DNA of 63,693 nt, filler included, from Asterionella formosa (Eukaryota), in the NCBI GenBank assembly GCA_002256025.1. It is 13 parts of 13 records of this genome, joined end to end, with 100 filler letters (N's around TTAATTAATTAA, not from the genome) between each part and the next. Parts side by side here need not be neighbours in the genome. Positions count along the whole stretch, not along the records: positions 60,284 to 61,354 come from NKIB01004530.1; positions 61,455 to 62,523 come from NKIB01004531.1; positions 62,624 to 63,693 come from NKIB01004532.1; 10 more parts are not named here. One strand, written 5' to 3'. A program made the translations under genes and the position numbers. The notes below the pieces were generated by a model that ran no database searches, was not told where the DNA came from, and saw only the letters and a program-made list of their open reading frames with translations. Positions 60,284 through 63,693 of this stretch are shown here, piece by piece; the first letter of the stretch is position 1, and each line of letters starts with the position of its first letter.

Positions 60284-61354
60284 TCCAAGTCCTTGTCAGA
60301 CTTACTGTCGGCCCGTGACGGTACTCAACACCGTGACAACTTTTTAAGCTCGAGAAGCACAAAGCTATCAACGATTCCCTCTCAGCGAAGATTAATGGAC
60401 AATGACGGCAAGTCCATGACGAGTCATCATTCCATTGGTGATAATCGCTCCATTGGTGATAGTCGCTCCATGGGTGATAGTCGTTCCATTAGTGATACCC
60501 GTTCCATTATTGATAATCGCTCCATTGGTGATACTCGTTCCTTTGGTGAAACTCGTTCCAGTGGTGACAATCGATCCATCATTTCAGAAACACCTCAAGA
60601 GCTGGCAATACGAAAACTCAAGATGCAACAAAAGGCAGCCTTGAGGAGACAGGCGGAAACGTTGGACCCTCAACCAAAAGCGTCCCCGTCTCTCGGAGCA
60701 TTCTTCAGTAAACATGGAGACGAAGGTTCCGGGGCTGTAGTGGCACCACCTACAAGTGGCAATGATGATCAGTCAGATGATAATGACACATTCTTCAGTA
60801 TGTTTCAATGGTCAACTGCAGACGACAACACGAAGAAGAAAACCTTTTCTGGAACCAAGTCTGTTGGAGGTCGGAGTATGAGTAGTGGAACCAATCGCCA
60901 GTATAGTGGAAGTAAGAGTGTCACCGGTTTCAATGGAAACATGAATGAAAGCGCCGATATTAGCAGTGTCAAGAGTGGTAGGGATCGTGATCGGAGTAGC
61001 AGTTTCAGTGGACCGATTCGTGAAAGTCGAAATCTGGGCACTACTATTGGGCGGTCGAGTCGTATGCACTCGAGTTTGGGGCACGAAAAAATGGACCAGA
61101 CATCATCCCCCAAGTCAGATACCGAAGCAGGCATCCATACTTTGAGTCGCAGGTATCATGAAAAAACTCGAAAATCCCCTGAAAGCAACAGCCGAAGAAA
61201 ATCTTGGGATGATGGGATTTCTACAGAACGGCGTCGATCTCGAAAAGATAGTCGATCAAGTCATGAAAAAACAAACTTTTCCGGAGAAGCTGATTCTCTA
61301 GGTATGCAGCCGCAAATGTCGTCTCCTGACGACAATGTTCGCAAGTCTAGTAAT
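60284..61354 (+). CDS. Internal fragment of a Ser/Arg-rich disordered protein with 18-bp (SIGDNR-like) repeats
   Basis: Open frame across the contig. About 8 hexapeptide repeats at 60431-60580. Confidence 0.6.
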
Positions 61355-61627
61355 NNNNNNNNNNNNNNNNNNNNNNNNNNNNNNNNNNNNNNNNNNNNTT
61401 AATTAATTAANNNNNNNNNNNNNNNNNNNNNNNNNNNNNNNNNNNNNNNNNNNNTCGTATCTATGAAACAATGCATTTGCAGAGGCTGTTATTTCTATAT
61501 ATCTCCAACGTCTGCGCGTCCTGCCAATATCTACTCATTACCTCAATCGTTTCGACTGGTGGCATCGAGTAAAACATTTGCAAGAACGAATGGATCGATA
61601 GGATATTGATCACAAACAGGAAGAAAC

Positions 61628-61980
61628 ATTCATGACAACCATGTCAGATCCGTTCCATTGCAAATCTTCCTTCAATAGGTCAAACTCATCATCCTTGAGC
61701 TTGCCTTCCAGTGGCATCGTAGGACTGAAGCGCATCCAGAAAGATACGCTCCTTTTCGGCTACTGTGAGACGAATGAGTTCCCCACTTTCCGGATCGACG
61801 ACACAGTATTCCTCGTCAGGAATGCATTCTTCTTCCTGCAAGTTAGTCTCAAAGAATTGTCCAGACTTGGCGTCGTAAGCGATTTCTCTCGTTCCGCACA
61901 TAATGGTGATCTTTTCGTCGCTTCCTTCTTCGGCCATTAAAAGTGGACCAGCAACACGACCAGCTGTTGTCGTTGTCTTC
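61628..61980 (-). pseudogene. PGRL1: PGR5-like 1 (PGRL1) gene fragment, frameshifted
   Basis: EYC..D..LT.AEKERIFLDALQSY..G then, after a frameshift, KDDEFDLLKEDLQWNGS.MVVMN. Both ends appear truncated. Confidence 0.7.
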
Positions 61981-62833
61981 CTTAAAGTTCGATGATCTTA
62001 AATTCATTTACCGGTACTGTCCCGCTGTAGTAGCAGCAGTCATTCCGGCCCTCATTGTCCCTGCCTGTTGTCAACAACAATGCGTGAGCTGACAAGCCAT
62101 ACTAGCATTTAGGTACACAACAAGAACACACTCACCATTCAACTGTATTGCAGAGTTCTTTCATTTGAGTCGAGGATTCAATTGACATTGCAGCAACCTA
62201 TGCAGTTACAGAAACAATGAGAAGAAATGATTTGTTAGCAAGTAGTCATATTACATTGAAACAACGACACGCGATTCCATCTTATCCTCTTGCTTCACTT
62301 ACCACAAATCAATGCAACTGATGCATAAGTCTGTAATAGTAACTTGTCAGTAAATTCTTGAATAAGTAAGTTTCGGGTATCCAATGTTGTCGAATAAAAC
62401 TTACCGGTTCATTTTTGTCATCTTAACTTTGAGAGAAGGTAAACGTTTTGTCAGCTTTGTTCCAACAGAAGCGCATAGGTCCAACGAGCGACAAGAGCAC
62501 TTACGCAATTTGGTTTGGTTTTGNNNNNNNNNNNNNNNNNNNNNNNNNNNNNNNNNNNNNNNNNNNNTTAATTAATTAANNNNNNNNNNNNNNNNNNNNN
62601 NNNNNNNNNNNNNNNNNNNNNNNGGTTTTTACTGTTGGCGTAGATTGTTTTCGAATTCTCTGGTACCATATTCTTTCTTGATTCATTCGATTCAATATGT
62701 AGTAGGTAATTTATACCGGGATTTTCTTTCCTAAAATATTTTCTCCAACACCGGTAGAAGCGTCACGAGGAATAGCGACAAGAACGGTTGTTCATCAGAG
62801 GTGAGTACCGGTAGGCGATCCCGCGCATCAATA

Positions 62834-62934
62834 GAGATGTATATAGGGTTAGGGTTAGGGTTAGGGAAATATAGTTGGTTAGCTCACCTTCCGAGGAAAC
62901 GGGTTCGATTCCCGCATTCTCCACCTGCTTTTTT
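62834..62934 (+). ncRNA. tRNA-like (pseudo-tRNA/SINE head) sequence interrupted by TTAGGG repeats
   Basis: A-box-like TATAGTTGGTTAG, T-arm CGGG-TTCGATT-CCCG, 3' CATTCTCCA partly pairing with upstream GAGATG, and a T6 run. TAGGG(TTAGGG)3 at 62844-62866. Confidence 0.5.
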
Positions 62935-63073
62935 ATAGGACTTAAGTGTCAGTTAAGAGAACGAGTTGAACATCAAGAGTAACCAATAAGCTAATAAATT
63001 CAACAAATACTACTTCAACTTCTAGTTAGATACTTCACTTTGAATTCAAAAAGAGTCCAATTAGAATTAATAA

Positions 63074-63693
63074 TGTTGATGTACTCTCAAGTCCCACCAG
63101 TGGTCCCATTGATGAAGGATAACAACATACTAAACATCAAGGTTCAGACTTCTTTGTGTATCCCTGTTAAAGTGAGCTCATCTACGTAGTTAGGACTCGG
63201 AGTCAAACGAGTCAACCGATTCGAATGAGTCAACTTTGATGTACCAAGCTCTCATCAACCACACATTATACCTTGTTACTCCGACTATAATGAGCCAGAC
63301 AATATAAGCTATTTCGGAAGACCGATAGTTTGAAATGAATGATCATGGTTAAAAACCTATGATCAGTAAGTGTGAGATAGACATGGGTCTATCTATGATT
63401 GTATGTTCCTAGAAATGCAAACAGCATTTGGAGAATAGTTCGTTTGTTTTGTTCAAACAGAACAACCTAAACTAGATTCGTAAACTCACAATAAGAATAT
63501 AGAAACGGAAAGAGAAACGAACGTCTCTATCTATAGTCTTCTTTGTCTAACGATATAGATCTATACAAAAAGGTAATACTTTAACACGTTTATAAACGGA
63601 CTTAAGTGTTTAACATGTCTACAGAAATGTCTGAAGAGAGCATGAGGCTCATCAAGTTTGATGGCAACGAAACAAACTGGTACCAGTGGAGCG
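63074..63693 (+). mobile_element. Putative 5' LTR (63074-63586) and gag start (ATG 63615) of a Copia element
   Basis: TGTTGA..TTAACA termini followed by MSTEMSEESMRLIKFDGNETNWYQWS, a gag-like F.G..W..W start. Second LTR not in window. Confidence 0.5.

Noticed and set aside
17312..62623. Repeated TTAATTAATTAA at ~1.17-kb spacing resembling a regular array
   Set aside because: Always embedded in N runs; an assembly linker, not biology.
62895..62926. tmRNA-like 3' end or functional tRNA
   Set aside because: No matching tmRNA 5' end or tag ORF; the cloverleaf has a shortened anticodon arm and a disrupted 5' side.

Overview
Eukaryotic nuclear DNA, almost certainly from a diatom. Evidence: short 70-90 nt GT-AG introns, a bipartite plastid-targeting peptide, a silaffin-like protein, a class C GPCR, diatom-type Copia elements and CryptonS-like remnants. 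The window is not contiguous. Thirteen contigs are joined by an artificial 100-nt N/TTAATTAATTAA/N linker: three of about 17 kb (1-17311, 17412-34678, 40636-57841) and ten of about 1.07 kb. Adjacency across linkers therefore means nothing. Host genes: nitrobindin, CPYC glutaredoxin, an atypical ABC half-transporter, a C2/MCTP-like membrane protein, a GABA-B-like class C GPCR, an ACC-synthase-like PLP enzyme, a plastid DUF1995 protein, a highly modular Lys/Ser/Gly/Tyr-rich secreted silaffin-like protein, and partial CDF zinc transporter and putative Zn-binding regulator genes. Rh-transporter and PGRL1 pseudogenes are also present. About half the window is transposon debris: Copia, pogo-like, hAT, Mutator-like, CryptonS-like and several MITEs. 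The best leads are the silaffin-like protein with two terminal Cys modules, a pogo-like transposon carrying a convergent passenger gene, telomere-repeat-containing structured elements (one tRNA-like), and an element family bounded by palindromic direct repeats next to a tyrosine-recombinase remnant. All family calls come from motif recognition by eye, not database searches.
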